Made by a program: the position numbers and the translations under genes
Notes under the pieces: model-generated
What the model saw: only the letters and a program-made list of their open reading frames with translations
What the model was told of the DNA's origin: nothing
The model's database searches: none
Shown: piece after piece, positions 35,357 through 45,687 of the stretch
Position numbering within the stretch: position 1 is the stretch's first letter
How the letters are laid out: each line of letters opens with the position of its first letter
NCBI GenBank assembly: GCA_030765235.1
Contig: JAVCCW010000028.1
Span: 24,744-88,743 of the forward strand
Direction: 5' to 3'
Source: Candidatus Gorgyraea atricola
GTDB taxonomy: Bacteria > Omnitrophota > Gorgyraeia > Gorgyraeales > Gorgyraeaceae
DNA length: 64,000 nucleotides

Positions 35357-35530
35357 TAAATCCCAAATCCAAATACTACCAAATCCCAAATAAATCCAAT
35401 CCTTTGACTACGCTCAGGATTGGCCCTGAGCAAAGTCGAAGGGCCAAAATCCCAAATCCAAAACCATGTTTGGGATTTGGAAATTGGGATTTATTTGGTA
35501 GTATTGGTATTTATTGGGATTTGGGATTTT
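35357..35530. repeat. about 170-nt composite palindrome of AAATCCCAAATCC units between the convergent smc and GGDEF genes (probable bidirectional terminator)
   Basis: aaatcccaaatccaaatactaccaaatcccaaataaatcc ... ggatttatttggtagtattggtatttattgggatttgggattt, with internal hairpins ggccctgagcaaagtcgaagggcc and ccaaatccaaaaccatgtttgggatttgg. Confidence 0.65.
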
Positions 35531-35531
35531 A

Positions 35532-36653
35532 CTACGTACACACCTTGTTCTTCCCCGTGCGTTTTGCTTTGTAGAGTGCCTTGTCAGCCAGGGAAATAAG
35601 TTGCTCTTTTTCTTTTGCATCCTCAGGGAAGGATGCAGCGCCTATGCTGATGGTTATGCCTTTCAGGTCCTTGCTTTCCTTGACAGTTTTCCTCAGGCGT
35701 TCAGCCAGGACAAGCGCTTCTTGTTTATTTGTTCCAGGAAGGAGCATTACAAATTCTTCGCCTCCATAGCGGGCAACGATATCTATCCTTTTCGATGTCT
35801 TCTTGAATATATCAGAGATAGTTCTTAGTATTGCGTCGCCAGCCTGGTGCCCATGTGTATCATTAAATTTTTTAAAATCATCTATGTCGATCATAAGAAT
35901 GGTGAATGACTGTTTTCTAGACGAGGAATACTTGATCTCCTCTCCCAGCAGATATTGAAAGTAACCGTGGTTCCACAGCCTTGTCAAAGAATCAGAATTA
36001 GAGAGAACCAGCGCCCTTTCGTAGAGCCTGGAGTTTTGTATTGCCAGGCCTGCCTGGTTGGCAAATGTCGTAAGCATGCGCACGTCGTTGCTGGTTATAG
36101 GTTTTTTATTAAAGAAATTATCTGTAACTATGACGCCTATTACCTTATCCCTGGCCTTTAGGGGCACTGTTACGAATTCTTCCAGATTTAGGACCTTGGC
36201 ATATTCTGATTTTACTTTTTTCTTTATCTCAAAGGTCTTACCTTTAATAACTGTTAATGCTATGACGCCTGATTTTTCAGTTATAGGGATCTTTAGGGCC
36301 TTCACGGTTTTATTCAATTTGGACTTTTTCAGGTGTTCGAACTGGCTGCGCGTCTCTATGAGCTCGTCGAATCCTAATTGATGCTTTTCTATATGCGTCC
36401 ACACCGCGCTCGCATCCTCCTGGCTGTCAGGTCCTATACCCATTTTTCCCTCGAGCTGCGCCTCTTTTTCATTCACCAGAAATAACATGGCCCTGTTAAA
36501 ACTCAGGCCTACATGAGAAGTCACAGCTGTGAGGATTATATAGAGCATCTCTTCGAGATTGAGCGTTGTGTGCATGGCATTGCCTATCTCGTAAAGCCTC
36601 TCCAACTCTGCCTGCGCTTTCATGTACTTTTCCTTAAAGTCCTTTTTCATCAT
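35532..36653 (-). CDS. GAF-domain diguanylate cyclase (GGDEF)
   Basis: 373 aa. An N-terminal GAF-like region, then the GGDEF domain with the active-site RYGGEEFVMLLPG. The only confident minus-strand gene. Confidence 0.8.
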   Translation of the reverse strand: MMKKDFKEKYMKAQAELERLYEIGNAMHTTLNLEEMLYIILTAVTSHVGLSFNRAMLFLVNEKEAQLEGKMGIGPDSQEDASAVWTHIEKHQLGFDELIETRSQFEHLKKSKLNKTVKALKIPITEKSGVIALTVIKGKTFEIKKKVKSEYAKVLNLEEFVTVPLKARDKVIGVIVTDNFFNKKPITSNDVRMLTTFANQAGLAIQNSRLYERALVLSNSDSLTRLWNHGYFQYLLGEEIKYSSSRKQSFTILMIDIDDFKKFNDTHGHQAGDAILRTISDIFKKTSKRIDIVARYGGEEFVMLLPGTNKQEALVLAERLRKTVKESKDLKGITISIGAASFPEDAKEKEQLISLADKALYKAKRTGKNKVCT

Positions 36654-36710
36654 AGTAAAGTAGTATAGCAGATAAGCCTTACGCTTTCAATAGGGAATGA
36701 AAAATTGGTC

Positions 36711-36739
36711 TTTACAAGGCCTGGGATATCTGGTTAAAT
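36711..36739 (+). promoter_or_regulatory. candidate promoter for the glycan-locus first gene
   Basis: TTTACA (36711-36716), a 17-nt spacer, then TTAAAT (36734-36739). A purine-rich RBS precedes the ATG at 36768. Confidence 0.35.
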
Positions 36740-36767
36740 ATAGGCATATTTATAGAGAGGAGAGGCT

Positions 36768-37895
36768 ATGTTTTCGCTTAGAAAAGTTATAAAAAGACAC
36801 AAAGGCTGGGTTATATTTTTTGGCATTGCCCTGACATTGGTGGCTATAAATAAGGGGATAAAGTATTATGATAGATATAAGTACAATATCCGCGCCACAA
36901 ATGACGTCCCCTTGTATGCGCTTCGCCGCGCGTCGATCAGCCCTGAGCAGATGACCGAATATAGCGCTTGCGGCGAACTCGAGCTATATCCGTATATAAT
37001 GTTTAAGGGCCCTTCCAATGTAAAAAATAAAACAGTAAGCACAAACTCTTTTGGGTTCAGGGGCGGAGAGATCGGCCCAAAGCTCCCAGACACATACAGG
37101 ATAATCCTTGTTGGCGCCTCAACTGTTTTTGGAGGTCATGTTACCTCTGATGAAAAGACATTTGCCGCCCAGCTTGAAAGACAATTAAATTTAAAATCCG
37201 CAGAATTGGACACCTCATTCGAGGTTATCAATGCCTCTTTCCCAGCCTTTAATTCAATGCAGGAACTTATATTAATACAATGGAGGCTTTTAGAGCACTC
37301 TCCGAATATGATAATTATCTGCGATGGTTTTAATGACGCCATGACTTATCTGACGCGCGACAACAGGCCTGGATTTCCTTATCTATTCAAAAAGATAGAA
37401 AAGATCACCTCCACCAGTGCCTTGGTCAAGAATAGGCTGCGGCATATCCGTATATTCAGAAAGATAATGGAGATGATGGAGAAACGTGAGACTCAGAGGC
37501 AGACGACCTTTGATCCAGAGGTCGTGGAGTTTTACAGAAATAATTTAGACGTCATGTGCCATTTGCTGAACAGTTATAATATTAAGCCATTTGTTGTGTT
37601 TCAGCCAGTCTTAGATTATAAAGATCCATTGTCTAAGTTGGAGAGAGATTATTTAGAAGACGAGACCTCGATGAACCGTAAAATATTCGTGGAGCTTTGC
37701 AATGGCTTAGAGGTTGCTGCCAGCGAGGTAGCCAGGCAGAATAACGCGATCTATCTTGATTCGCGCAATGTCTTTGACGGCGTAAACGATACACTGTTTA
37801 CAGATGATTGCCATTTTAATGACAGGGGTCATAAAATAGTAGCTGATAATTTGTATAAGCGTATATATGATTATCTCCTTGGGGCAGGGTTATGA
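36768..37895 (+). CDS. membrane-anchored SGNH/GDSL-family hydrolase (probable glycan O-acyl esterase/transferase)
   Basis: 375 aa. N-terminal TM helix. The catalytic-type pattern is ILVGASTVFG...ICDGFND...TDDCHFNDRGHK (the DxxH of SGNH hydrolases). Confidence 0.5.
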   Translation: MFSLRKVIKRHKGWVIFFGIALTLVAINKGIKYYDRYKYNIRATNDVPLYALRRASISPEQMTEYSACGELELYPYIMFKGPSNVKNKTVSTNSFGFRGGEIGPKLPDTYRIILVGASTVFGGHVTSDEKTFAAQLERQLNLKSAELDTSFEVINASFPAFNSMQELILIQWRLLEHSPNMIIICDGFNDAMTYLTRDNRPGFPYLFKKIEKITSTSALVKNRLRHIRIFRKIMEMMEKRETQRQTTFDPEVVEFYRNNLDVMCHLLNSYNIKPFVVFQPVLDYKDPLSKLERDYLEDETSMNRKIFVELCNGLEVAASEVARQNNAIYLDSRNVFDGVNDTLFTDDCHFNDRGHKIVADNLYKRIYDYLLGAGL

Positions 37896-38299
37896 GAGAA
37901 CGCATAGAATATAACGGAGAACTTCTGGCAATAATAATCAAAGAGGATTATATGCCGGCCAAAACAGAGTTTATTACGCCGGATACATTCAAACAGCAAG
38001 TGGGTTTTGTTGTCTATGATAAAGATAATGAGATACAGCCTCACATTCATCGCGAGATGCCGCGTAGTCTCAAGGGTACATCAGAGGTCTTGATTCTCAA
38101 AAAGGGGCATGTTCGCGTTGATTTTTATTCTCAGAAAAAGCAATATACAGAGAGTCGTGAGCTTATGCCAGGAGATGTGCTTATCTTGGTTTCAGGCGGT
38201 CATGGCTTTCACTTCCACGAATACAGTGTTTTTTTAGAGGTAAAACAAGGCCCTTATATCGGACCCCAGGAAAAAGAAAGATTCTCGAGGCCAGCATGA
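37892..38299 (+). CDS. cupin-fold protein (WxcM/FdtA-like sugar 3,4-ketoisomerase-like)
   Basis: 135 aa. Cupin His motifs PHIHREM...GHGFHFHE. Adjacent to the DegT aminotransferase, as for FdtA-FdtB pairs. Confidence 0.45.
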   Translation: MRERIEYNGELLAIIIKEDYMPAKTEFITPDTFKQQVGFVVYDKDNEIQPHIHREMPRSLKGTSEVLILKKGHVRVDFYSQKKQYTESRELMPGDVLILVSGGHGFHFHEYSVFLEVKQGPYIGPQEKERFSRPA

Positions 38300-39447
38300 T
38301 CCCTGTAAACGAGCCCTTAATGTCTGGTAACGAACTCAAGTATGTTTCGGATTGCATAAAGACAAACTGGATCTCATCTGCAGGCAGCTACCTTGAGCGT
38401 TTTGAAACAGCATGGGCAAAATACTGCGGTCAGAAATACGGAGTCGCAGTCTGTAACGGCACTGTGGCTCTGGAGCTCGCAGTCGAAGTCTGTAATTTCC
38501 CAAAAGGGAGTGAGATAATCCTTCCCAGCTTTACCATTATTTCGTGTGCTCAGGCCATAACAAAGAATGACTGTGTACCTGTTTTAGTAGACTGCGACCC
38601 AGAGGCTTACTGCATGGATGTCAGCCAGATAGAAAAAAAGATTACCAAGCGCACTGTAGCGATTATGCCAGTGCATATCTATGGCCATCCCTGTGACATG
38701 GATCCCATAATGGACATTGCTAAAAAGCATGATCTTGTTGTCATAGAAGATGCAGCTGAGGTCCACGGCGCAGAATACCAGAGTGTCAAAGATAATACCT
38801 GGCATAAATGTGGCAGCTTTGGCCATCTTTCATGTTTTTCCTTTTACGCCAATAAACTAGTCACTACTGGCGAAGGCGGCATGGTCATTACATCCGACGA
38901 TAAACTCGCAGAGAGGCTACAGAGACACAGAAACCTCTGCTTTTTAAAATCACCGCGATTCCTGCACCATCATATAGGAAATAATTTTAGGATGACAAAT
39001 ATACAGGCAGCGCTTGGCCTTGCGCAGCTCGAGAATATAGATAAGACGATTAAAAGAAAAAGAGAAATGGCGAAAAAATACTCTGATCTCTTAAATGACC
39101 TACCTCTAAAGCTCCCAACAGAACATAAATGGGCCAGGGGAGTAGTATGGATGTATGGAGTCGTGTTGCAGGAAGAAAAAGGCCAGGGAAATTTGAGCGT
39201 ACAAGACTATATGAAGTGGCCTAATTATAAGATCATGAAAAAATTAGCTAAGCTCGAGATTCAAACGCGGCCATTTTTCATAGGAATGCACGAACAACCG
39301 ATCTTTCAGAGCTTAGAATATTTTAAAAATGAGTCTTATCCTGTAACAGAGGGAATTGCAAGGACAGGATTTTATCTCCCGAGTGGCCAGGTAATAAAAG
39401 ACGCGCAGATAAAAGAAGTGGCTCGCGCCCTGAAAGGGTTATTTTAA
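38296..39447 (+). CDS. DegT/DnrJ/EryC1/StrS-family PLP-dependent sugar aminotransferase (ArnB-like)
   Basis: 383 aa. NGTVALELAV, a catalytic-Lys region FSFYANKLVTTGEGGMV, and SGQVIKDAQIKEVARAL. Confidence 0.8.
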   Translation: MIPVNEPLMSGNELKYVSDCIKTNWISSAGSYLERFETAWAKYCGQKYGVAVCNGTVALELAVEVCNFPKGSEIILPSFTIISCAQAITKNDCVPVLVDCDPEAYCMDVSQIEKKITKRTVAIMPVHIYGHPCDMDPIMDIAKKHDLVVIEDAAEVHGAEYQSVKDNTWHKCGSFGHLSCFSFYANKLVTTGEGGMVITSDDKLAERLQRHRNLCFLKSPRFLHHHIGNNFRMTNIQAALGLAQLENIDKTIKRKREMAKKYSDLLNDLPLKLPTEHKWARGVVWMYGVVLQEEKGQGNLSVQDYMKWPNYKIMKKLAKLEIQTRPFFIGMHEQPIFQSLEYFKNESYPVTEGIARTGFYLPSGQVIKDAQIKEVARALKGLF

Positions 39448-40193
39448 TGAAAAATCGCTTATCAGTAATATTGCCCACTTACAATGAGGCAGAAAACATA
39501 AAACCCCTGATAGATGCCATAAGAGATGCGCTGGAAGAGGTTTATGAGGTAATAGTCGTTGATGATAATTCTCCTGATGGTACGAGTGAAATCGTTGAGA
39601 AGATGATCAGGGGAGGGGGATACCAGTTTTTAAAATTAGAGAAGAGGACTAGCGACAGGGGTTTGACTAAGAGTATAGCCAGAGGCATAGAACTTGCCAC
39701 AGGTGATGTGGTAGGCTGGATGGACTGCGATTTTTCAATGCCCCCGAAATACCTGCCAGTACTTTTGTCACTTATTAATGCGGATTACGATATTGCAGTA
39801 GGTTCTCGCTTTCTTCTGGGCGGCAGATGGAAGGGAGAAAAGAAAAATCCGGAAGATACTTTTCTTGGAGTCATATTGAGCCGCATTATGAATTTATTTA
39901 TACAGGTCTGTCTTGATCATAGATTCAGGGATTATACCAGCGGTTTTGTCGTGGCGCGCAGAGAAATTTTTGAAAAGATCGAGCTGAGGGGGGACTACGG
40001 TGAGTATTTTATAGATTTTATCTATCGTGCCCTGAAGTCAAATTATCATGTGGTCGAGGTCCCGTATGTATGGCGCCCCAGAAAAGCAGGTTGCTCTAAA
40101 ACAGGGATCAATCTAGCTGATTATTGCAGGCGCGGCTGGAAATATATTATTACTACGTTGAGGTTGCTGTTCTCATGCCGAAAGTCTTATTAA
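39447..40193 (+). CDS. GT2 polyprenol-phosphate sugar transferase (DPM1/ArnC-like)
   Basis: 248 aa. LSVILPTYNEAENI...VIVVDDNSPDGT and a DxD-type WMDCD. Confidence 0.75.
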   Translation: MKNRLSVILPTYNEAENIKPLIDAIRDALEEVYEVIVVDDNSPDGTSEIVEKMIRGGGYQFLKLEKRTSDRGLTKSIARGIELATGDVVGWMDCDFSMPPKYLPVLLSLINADYDIAVGSRFLLGGRWKGEKKNPEDTFLGVILSRIMNLFIQVCLDHRFRDYTSGFVVARREIFEKIELRGDYGEYFIDFIYRALKSNYHVVEVPYVWRPRKAGCSKTGINLADYCRRGWKYIITTLRLLFSCRKSY

Positions 40194-41596
40194 TAAATCC
40201 GCCTTTTGAGCAGGAAGAAGAGTCTGTTGGGCGGTCCAGGAGTATCAAGAAGGTACTTAATATAGTGCCGCCTCTTGGTATTGCGTACATTGCCGCGATC
40301 CTGGAAGAGATGGACATAGAGACAAAGATAATAGACTGTGCCATAGGTATTTCATTCGATGATCTTTACAAGAGAATACTTGAGGAATCCCCAGACGTAA
40401 TCGGTATCACTTCTACTACACCCGCCTTTGTAAAGGCCAAAAAGTTAGCTTCTTTTATTCGCGAACAATTCCCTTTAACAAAGATCCTGATAGGCGGCGC
40501 CCAGCTAACAGCACTTCCCTGCGAAACCATGGAGACCGGGCTTTTTGATATAGGGGTGATCGGCGAGGGGGAATTAACAGCCAAAGAGTTGTTTAAAAAT
40601 TATAGAAACAAAAGATTCGAGGCCCTTGATCAGATACGAGGCATTATCTATAAAGACCAAACAGGTATACATCAGAATCCAGATCAGGATTTTATCAATG
40701 ATCTTGATTTGATCCCTATGCCTGCAAGACATCTATTGCCTCATCCTAAATTTTACCGGCCGACACCTGCATCGTGTCGTCGTGTGCCATACGTCGTTAT
40801 CATGACGAGCCGCGGCTGCCCATCGCAGTGCACCTTTTGTGACAGAAAGATCTTTGGTATGCGATGCAGGATGCGAAGCGGACCTAATATTTTCCAGGAG
40901 ATAGAAGAGGTTATTGCGAAGTATGACGTGAAAGAAATCAGATTTTTTGACGATACATTTACTTTGAATAAAAAAAGGGTTTATGAGATCTGTGATGAGT
41001 TTGAAAAGAGAAGGCTTAAGCTGTCGTGGACGTGTCTGACAAAAGTAGCTTGTGTGGATGGGCCGCTTCTAAAGCGTATGAAAAAGGCCGGGTGCTGGCA
41101 GGTGTTGTATGGTTTTGAATCAGGCGATGACCGCATGCTCAAGCTTCTTAAAAAAGGAAATACTGTTGAGATGAATAAGAAGGCAGCACGCCTTACAAAA
41201 GAGGCAGGACTGGAGGTGCGCGGAGATTTTATTGTAGGTACGCCTGGCGAAACATGGGAGAGCCTTGAAAGGACCGTGCGATTCGCGATCGATATGGATT
41301 TGGACTACGCGCATTTTAATAAATTCACACCTTTTCCAGGGACGGAGCTTTATAGGAAACTTACAGACGAAGGCCATGTGTTTGATTTTTCAAAGAGTAC
41401 AATACTGGACCACAAACAGGTTCATTACAATAATCCTGACATGGACACAACTGAATTCTCAAGGTTTTTAGACAGGGCCAGTAAGCGTTTTTATCTCAGG
41501 CCCAGATATATCTTGAAAAGACTATTTTCAATAAGGACCCTGCACCAGTTAAAAGGGCAGATAGATGGATTTTTTGCGATATTTGAGTTGCAATAA
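40175..41596 (+). CDS. B12-binding-domain radical SAM protein (class B)
   Basis: 474 aa from the ATG at 40175. An N-terminal cobalamin-binding-like Rossmann region (PPLGIAYIAAILEE), then a radical SAM domain with the CPSQCTFCD CxxxCxxC motif. Confidence 0.75.
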   Translation: MPKVLLINPPFEQEEESVGRSRSIKKVLNIVPPLGIAYIAAILEEMDIETKIIDCAIGISFDDLYKRILEESPDVIGITSTTPAFVKAKKLASFIREQFPLTKILIGGAQLTALPCETMETGLFDIGVIGEGELTAKELFKNYRNKRFEALDQIRGIIYKDQTGIHQNPDQDFINDLDLIPMPARHLLPHPKFYRPTPASCRRVPYVVIMTSRGCPSQCTFCDRKIFGMRCRMRSGPNIFQEIEEVIAKYDVKEIRFFDDTFTLNKKRVYEICDEFEKRRLKLSWTCLTKVACVDGPLLKRMKKAGCWQVLYGFESGDDRMLKLLKKGNTVEMNKKAARLTKEAGLEVRGDFIVGTPGETWESLERTVRFAIDMDLDYAHFNKFTPFPGTELYRKLTDEGHVFDFSKSTILDHKQVHYNNPDMDTTEFSRFLDRASKRFYLRPRYILKRLFSIRTLHQLKGQIDGFFAIFELQ

Positions 41597-41645
41597 AATA
41601 TAGAGGCCGAGTCACCACTTTTGTGGTATAATAAATAACCTTAAT

Positions 41646-42725
41646 ATGACAAAAAGGATACTGATAATAAATCCATTCGGAATAGGGGATGTTTTGTTTT
41701 CAACCCCTTTGATCGCTACTATTAAAGAAAAATACTCTGGGTGCTATATAGGGTATATATGTAATATAAGGACAGAGGAGATACTGGCTGCAAATCCCGG
41801 GATAGACGAAGTTTTTATATTTGAGAGAGATGAATATAGAGAGCTCTGGAAGAAGTCAAAACTGGAATGTCTTAAGAAGCTTTGCGATTTCTGGAAAGAG
41901 ATAAAAAAAAGAAGATTCGATCTATTGTTTGACCTTTCCCTGGGCAGGGAATATGCGTTTTTATGCTGGTTGATAGGCATAAGAGAGCGCAGGGGTTTTA
42001 ATTATAAAGGCCGCGGGAGATTTTTGACGCATAAGATTCAGTTTGATGGGTTTAGTGGCAGGCCTGTCGCGGAATATTACTTGGATGCTATTAGGGACAA
42101 GGGACAAGGGACAAGGGACAAGGGGTTGATTTTAGCAACAACAGATAAGGATAAAGAATATATTGATGCCTTTTTGAAAAAGGCAGGGATTAAAGAACAG
42201 GATACGCTGGTCGGCATTGCGCCTGGAGGAGGCGCTTCTTATGGCAAAGAAAAATCCCATTACAAAAGATGGGGCTGTGAGAAGTTTGCTGTGCTTGCTG
42301 ACAGGATAGCATCGTGCGGGGCTAAGCCTATCTTACTGGGAGGACCTAAAGAAAAAGACTTGATCAGGGATGTTAAACTAAAAATGCAAGGCAAGCCCCT
42401 CATGGGGCCAGACGCAAAAATAAGAGAGATGGCTTGTTTGATCAAAAGATGTAACGTACTTGTGTGTAACGACGGGGGACTCTTACATATAGCCGTGAGT
42501 CAGGATACGCCTACAGTTTCCATTTTCGGACCCACTGATGAAAAGGTCTATGGCCCGTATCCGGCATCTAAAAAACATATTGTTGTAACAAACAATGCGG
42601 ATTGCAGGCCTTGCTACAGGCGTTTCAGGCTGCCAGAATGTACTGACAGGAAGTGCATGGAAGACCTTTCTGTAGACTCTGTTTTTAACGCGCTTTCAAA
42701 ATTTATCCAAGAGGTAGGGACATGA
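41646..42725 (+). CDS. GT9-family glycosyltransferase (LPS heptosyltransferase-like); contains GGGACAA x4 repeat
   Basis: 359 aa. [24 protein letters not shown]-terminus, and LGGPKEKDL...[16 protein letters not shown]-terminal GT-B motifs. Confidence 0.75.
   Translation: MTKRILIINPFGIGDVLFSTPLIATIKEKYSGCYIGYICNIRTEEILAANPGIDEVFIFERDEYRELWKKSKLECLKKLCDFWKEIKKRRFDLLFDLSLGREYAFLCWLIGIRERRGFNYKGRGRFLTHKIQFDGFSGRPVAEYYLDAIRDKGQGTRDKGLILATTDKDKEYIDAFLKKAGIKEQDTLVGIAPGGGASYGKEKSHYKRWGCEKFAVLADRIASCGAKPILLGGPKEKDLIRDVKLKMQGKPLMGPDAKIREMACLIKRCNVLVCNDGGLLHIAVSQDTPTVSIFGPTDEKVYGPYPASKKHIVVTNNADCRPCYRRFRLPECTDRKCMEDLSVDSVFNALSKFIQEVGT
42094..42125 (+). repeat. tandem heptanucleotide GGGACAA x4 (+GGGG) inside the GT9 ORF
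   Basis: gggacaagggacaagggacaagggacaagggg, translated [11 protein letters not shown]. The same heptamer flanks the palindromic mini-repeats. Confidence 0.8.
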
Positions 42726-43828
42726 AAGTCGATATATTGAGCCTGAAAAAACAGCATGAAGGCATAAAGGATGAGATAAAAAAATCCATGGAAAGAGTCA
42801 TAAGTTCAGGAGGATTCATTCTTGGAGAAGATGTGAAGCTTTTTGAACAGGAATTCGCGGATTATTGTGGCGTAGCGCATGGCGTAGGCGTAAATTCCGG
42901 CACAGACGCGCTGTTTCTCGCCTCTCTTGCCTGTGGAATAGGAAAGGGCGACGAGGTAATCACGATACCTTATACTTACATTGCTACGATTCTTGCCATA
43001 TCTATGACAGGCGCAAGGCCAGTGTTTGTCGATATAGACGAAAAGACCTATAACATCGATGTTTCAAAAATAGAAAAGGCAATTACCAAAAAGACAAAGG
43101 CTATTCTGCCAGTGCATCTTTACGGCCATCCTGTGGATATGGACCCTTTGATGGGGATAGCGGAAAAGCACGGTCTTAAAGTCATTGAGGACTGTGCCCA
43201 GGCTCACGGCGCGCTTTATAAAAATAAGAAAATAGGCAGTTTCGGAGATGCGGCGTGTTTTTCATTTTACCCTACCAAAAACCTCGGTGCATTTGGCGAC
43301 GCTGGCATGGTCATAACAGATTCTAAGGAGACAAGAGAAAAGCTCCTGCTCCTGCGTGATTGTGGAAGAAAGGGTAGGTATGAACATATCTTAAAAGGTT
43401 TTAATTCAAGGCTCGATACCCTGCAGGCAGCGATACTCAGAGTTAAATTAAGGCATCTGGACAAATACAACGAGAACAGAAGGAAAAACGCGAGTCTCTA
43501 TACAAAGTTATTCAAAGAAAACAAACTAGATATAGGATGTCCTTTTGAGGCTGATTACGCAAAACACGTATACCACCTCTATCCTGCAGGGGTAAAGGAT
43601 AGAGAAAGCGTGAAGGATAGGCTCGTGGAAAAAGGCGTGCGCACGCTTATACATTACTCGATACCAATACACCTGCAAGAGGCCTATAAAGACCTTGGCT
43701 ATAAAAAGGGTGACTTTCCGATTTCAGAAAAGTACTGCGAAAAGATCCTGAGCCTTCCTATGTATCCTGAATTATCAGAAGGGGAGATCAGGTTTGTTGT
43801 AGAGTCGCTCAAGGAGATCTTGTTATGA
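42722..43828 (+). CDS. DegT/DnrJ/EryC1/StrS-family sugar aminotransferase, second copy
   Basis: 368 aa. [27 protein letters not shown], and [18 protein letters not shown]. Confidence 0.8.
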   Translation: MKVDILSLKKQHEGIKDEIKKSMERVISSGGFILGEDVKLFEQEFADYCGVAHGVGVNSGTDALFLASLACGIGKGDEVITIPYTYIATILAISMTGARPVFVDIDEKTYNIDVSKIEKAITKKTKAILPVHLYGHPVDMDPLMGIAEKHGLKVIEDCAQAHGALYKNKKIGSFGDAACFSFYPTKNLGAFGDAGMVITDSKETREKLLLLRDCGRKGRYEHILKGFNSRLDTLQAAILRVKLRHLDKYNENRRKNASLYTKLFKENKLDIGCPFEADYAKHVYHLYPAGVKDRESVKDRLVEKGVRTLIHYSIPIHLQEAYKDLGYKKGDFPISEKYCEKILSLPMYPELSEGEIRFVVESLKEILL

Positions 43829-44478
43829 GAAAGATAAGAGAAAAGATAAAAAAGAACTATAGCCAGATGAAGCGCAGATTGACCTGGATATTGTATAGGA
43901 AAAAGAGAATCCTTGCCATGGATTGCAGAGAATTGATAGAGAAGAAGAGGAAAGACGGCCCGATAAAATTACATCTTTGCTGCGGAGGCAATAAGTACCA
44001 GGGCTATATCAATGTGGACATTGTCCCGCTGGAAGGCACAGACGCCCTGATGAATATCCCCCAGGACCTGTTTTTAGTGTCGCCAAACTCAGCTTCAGAG
44101 ATACTGATAGAAAGTGGTTTTGAGCATTTTTACAGATACCAGCAGGATGATTTTTTAAAGGAGTGTTACAGGATCCTTGTGGATAAAGGCAGGCTTGCGA
44201 TGAAAAACATACCTGATTTTGACTTGATTGCGGACGCGTACCTGGGCAAAAAGCAGGGAAACATCAGTCCTATATTTGATCTCTACGAGGTCTATAGGCT
44301 TACGCATGGGGCGCCAGAGCCCAGAAACTCACCGCATCAATTACATAAAGACATCTTTACTAAAGGATCTGTCAGGGAATTGTTAGAGCGAAATAAATTT
44401 AAGATACAAGAGATGCGTGACACTATATTCCGCGGAGAAAACACTGCTGCGAGCTTCGATGTAGTCGCAGTTAAATAA
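43825..44478 (+). CDS. putative class I SAM-dependent methyltransferase-like protein
   Basis: 217 aa. [20 protein letters not shown] resembles a methyltransferase motif I (xLxLGCG..GWINID). Weak. Confidence 0.4.
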   Translation: MRKIREKIKKNYSQMKRRLTWILYRKKRILAMDCRELIEKKRKDGPIKLHLCCGGNKYQGYINVDIVPLEGTDALMNIPQDLFLVSPNSASEILIESGFEHFYRYQQDDFLKECYRILVDKGRLAMKNIPDFDLIADAYLGKKQGNISPIFDLYEVYRLTHGAPEPRNSPHQLHKDIFTKGSVRELLERNKFKIQEMRDTIFRGENTAASFDVVAVK

Positions 44479-44491
44479 CAAGGTTTAAATT

Positions 44492-44830
44492 ATGGATAAA
44501 AAATATATACTTGTCTGTGAAAAGGGGTGGCGCAAGATAAGAGAGTTATCGCTGGATCTGGCAGAAAAAGGCATCTCTTCCACTGTTTTAATAAGGGGGT
44601 TGGTCAGACCAGATGTAGAGAGGATGATAACAGCACATAAAGAGATAAGTAACGTATTTGTCCCGGAGAAGCTTTTCACATTAATCCTTTTCATGCGCAT
44701 GGCCACCAGCTTAATTTTGTGTCCACGAAGGAGATTGTTAATAGCCCTTAGCAAAGAAAAGACCTATAAGAGATTAGAGATACTTAAGAAAATTTTTCGC
44801 AGGATCGAATTGGCAAAGGTTTTTGATTAG
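44492..44830 (+). CDS. hypothetical protein
   Basis: 112-aa ORF with no recognisable motifs. It competes with an antisense 89-aa ORF. Kept only because of its co-orientation and tight spacing. Confidence 0.25.
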   Translation: MDKKYILVCEKGWRKIRELSLDLAEKGISSTVLIRGLVRPDVERMITAHKEISNVFVPEKLFTLILFMRMATSLILCPRRRLLIALSKEKTYKRLEILKKIFRRIELAKVFD

Positions 44831-44832
44831 AC

Positions 44833-45687
44833 ATGAAAATAGCTATTATATTTGGCAAGGAACGTCTGGATACAGTAGGCATATATTTTGAACGAGCGTT
44901 AAAGGCCCTGGGCCACGAGGTCAGGCATTTTTGGCCTAAAGATATAGAAAATATCAGGCCTGAATATGATTTTTATTTTCGAGTGGATGACGGGCACTAT
45001 GATCATTGTATCCCTGAGAGGCTTAAGCCAAGGGTCTATTTTGCCTCGGATACGCATTTAAAAAATCCGTTCAAAAAAATAAAAAAACACATATTGAGAG
45101 AAGCGTACGAACTGGTATTTTGTCCTATGCTGAAGGAAGTAGAGATATTAAAAAAGGTCTCTCCTGTAGAAATAATCTGGATGAATTTCGCATGCGATCC
45201 TGAGGTGCATAAGAGGTTGGATATAGAGAGAAATTACGATATAGGTTTTGTGGGAAACGACGGCGGGGTGCCCAGAAAGTTCTATCTTCAGGAGCTAAGA
45301 GAACGGTATCCGAAAAGTTTCATAGACCGAGCTGATTATTCACAGATGAGCCAGATCTACAGCTCTTCAAAGATAGGCTTTAACTTTGCTATTCGCGGAG
45401 AATCCCTTACTATGAGGAGCTATGAGATAATGGCCTGCAAGGCAATGCTTCTTATGCAGAGATTAAGGGACAATAGCGCTGAAAAGGCCGGTTTTATCGA
45501 CGGGAAACATCTTGTGTTTTTTGACAAGCCAGAGGATCTGTTCAAACTTATCGAGCATTATCTGAAAAACAAGAAAGAAAGGGAAGAGATAGCGGAAAAC
45601 GGCTATCGTCTCACACTCGAGAGACATACTTACACTCATAGGATCAACGAGATGCTCGATATAATTAAAGATAGGTTTAAGATATGA
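44833..45687 (+). CDS. CgeB-like glycosyltransferase-family protein (GT1-like C-terminal domain)
   Basis: 284 aa. The C-terminal ...MACKAMLLMQR...GKHLVFFDKPEDLFKLIEHYLKNKKEREEIAENGYRLTLERHTYTHRI resembles the CgeB/Glyco_trans_1_2 family. Confidence 0.45.
   Translation: MKIAIIFGKERLDTVGIYFERALKALGHEVRHFWPKDIENIRPEYDFYFRVDDGHYDHCIPERLKPRVYFASDTHLKNPFKKIKKHILREAYELVFCPMLKEVEILKKVSPVEIIWMNFACDPEVHKRLDIERNYDIGFVGNDGGVPRKFYLQELRERYPKSFIDRADYSQMSQIYSSSKIGFNFAIRGESLTMRSYEIMACKAMLLMQRLRDNSAEKAGFIDGKHLVFFDKPEDLFKLIEHYLKNKKEREEIAENGYRLTLERHTYTHRINEMLDIIKDRFKI

Noticed and set aside
35414-35620. 68-aa minus-strand ORF within the smc/GGDEF palindrome (also 10554-10793 minus)
   Set aside because: It is composed of the repeat motif itself (PNPNKYQYYQINPNFQIPN), or overlaps the strong promoter of the giant gene. 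Both are spurious.
40124-40174. Upstream extension of the radical SAM ORF
   Set aside because: It overlaps the GT2 gene by 70 nt and encodes YYYY low complexity. The ATG at 40175 gives MPKVLLINPP, a typical start for B12-rSAM proteins.
44485-44754. 89-aa minus-strand ORF opposite the 44492-44830 hypothetical
   Set aside because: Either could be real. The plus-strand one was kept at low confidence, only because every neighbouring gene is plus-strand with tight spacing. Neither has recognisable motifs.
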